This document shows positions 63,692 through 64,000 of a stretch of DNA of 64,000 bases, one piece after another. The DNA comes from Thermodesulfovibrionales bacterium (lineage in GTDB: Bacteria; Nitrospirota; Thermodesulfovibrionia; Thermodesulfovibrionales; SM23-35): positions 952 through 64,951 of the forward strand of contig JAVHLL010000006.1 in NCBI GenBank assembly GCA_031082155.1. Direction: 5' to 3'. The notes beneath the pieces were generated by a model. That model made no database searches. It had not been told where the DNA came from and worked only from the letters and a program-made list of their open reading frames with translations. Positions within the stretch are counted from its first letter, which is position 1, and the number at the start of each line of letters is the position of its first letter. Position numbers and translations under genes: made by a program.

Positions 63692-63747
63692 GTCAGTTTC
63701 ATACATTTCTTTATTAACCCTTAATATTCGTTGGACTAAAATTCGAT

Positions 63748-64000
63748 CTAACCTAAAACTTCTCTCTTGGCAATTTCAATGATTCTGTCTACGTCAGTTA
63801 CGCTTGTGGCCAGGGTCTTCTTGCTCTTCACCGGTTGCTTGAAGCCGGGCTTTATCCTGTCCTTTGCATCTCGGGACTTTGAATCCAACCACGCCTGAAT
63901 CTCTGACTCCTTGAATCTCAACAGTCGCCCCGTGATCTTCAGGCAAGGTATTTGTTTCCGCGCGACCATGCCGTATACAGACACTTTTTCAATGGTTAGA
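63748..64000 (-). CDS. excisionase/AlpA-family DNA-binding protein (5' end beyond window)
   Basis: The frame is open to the window edge: ...LTIEKVSVYGMVARKQIPCLKITGRLLRFKESEIQAWL. This is the typical excisionase-family HTH_17 pattern. Confidence 0.7.
   Translation of the reverse strand, partial: LTIEKVSVYGMVARKQIPCLKITGRLLRFKESEIQAWLDSKSRDAKDRIKPGFKQPVKSKKTLATSVTDVDRIIEIAKREVLG

Larger units (their letters stand above)
36393..64000. mobile_element. putative tRNA-targeted integrative island / degraded integrative element (right end beyond window)
   Basis: The left edge is the tRNA 3' fragment. The content is TA modules, defence-type genes and gene remnants, including an integrase N-terminal fragment. 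The right part holds Rep-like, sigma-like, cI-like and excisionase-like genes. Confidence 0.5.

Noticed and set aside
1-64000. Search for CRISPR arrays, rRNA genes, intact IS elements or transposases, reverse transcriptases (retron/DGR) and cyclase-based (CBASS-like) systems.
   Set aside because: None was recognised. There are no regularly spaced direct repeats and no rRNA-like conserved blocks. No transposase, RT or CD-NTase motifs appear in any ORF of the six-frame track.

Overview
Bacterial chromosomal window from a diderm organism, judged from the porin-like outer-membrane proteins, a heptose-7-phosphate kinase and a Blc lipocalin; I cannot assign a lineage from sequence alone. No rRNA gene, CRISPR array or intact IS element was seen. 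Positions 1 to about 36.3 kb are mostly housekeeping genes: atpZ/atpI-like, hemL, a parvulin PPIase, archease-rtcB, nth, cobO, SOD, cspA, mgsA and mnmG-rsmG. Small accessory patches sit among them: a low-GC FkbM methyltransferase with an orphan secreted protein, a pair of radical SAM enzymes, and two PilZ proteins next to a protoglobin-PsiE-like fusion. Three intergenic regions each carry one copy of an unannotated structured element of about 125-175 nt. It has a long closing helix whose substitutions are compensated between copies, plus a conserved core. From a tRNA-Arg(CCT)-like 3' fragment at 36393-36442 to the end of the window, the sequence looks like an integrative island at least 27.6 kb long. 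The island holds HigBA, decayed toxin, antitoxin and integrase remnants, two AbiE-type cassettes sharing a duplicated promoter module, and a PIN/metallophosphoesterase pair. It also holds an AbiEi-like regulator paired with a Fic protein. A co-directional 12-kb block follows: PLD-SNF2 helicase, AAA ATPase, a 1129-aa Eco57I/PglX-like methyltransferase, a membrane protein, a PD-(D/E)xK-like protein, and a translationally coupled TcmP-like/radical SAM pair. The island ends with a replication/regulation module (Rep-like, sigma-like, a leaderless cI-like repressor and an excisionase). The strongest candidates for undescribed biology are the 48.4-60.6 kb defence-like block, especially the TcmP-rSAM-nuclease part. 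The AbiEi-like/Fic module and the structured intergenic element family come next.
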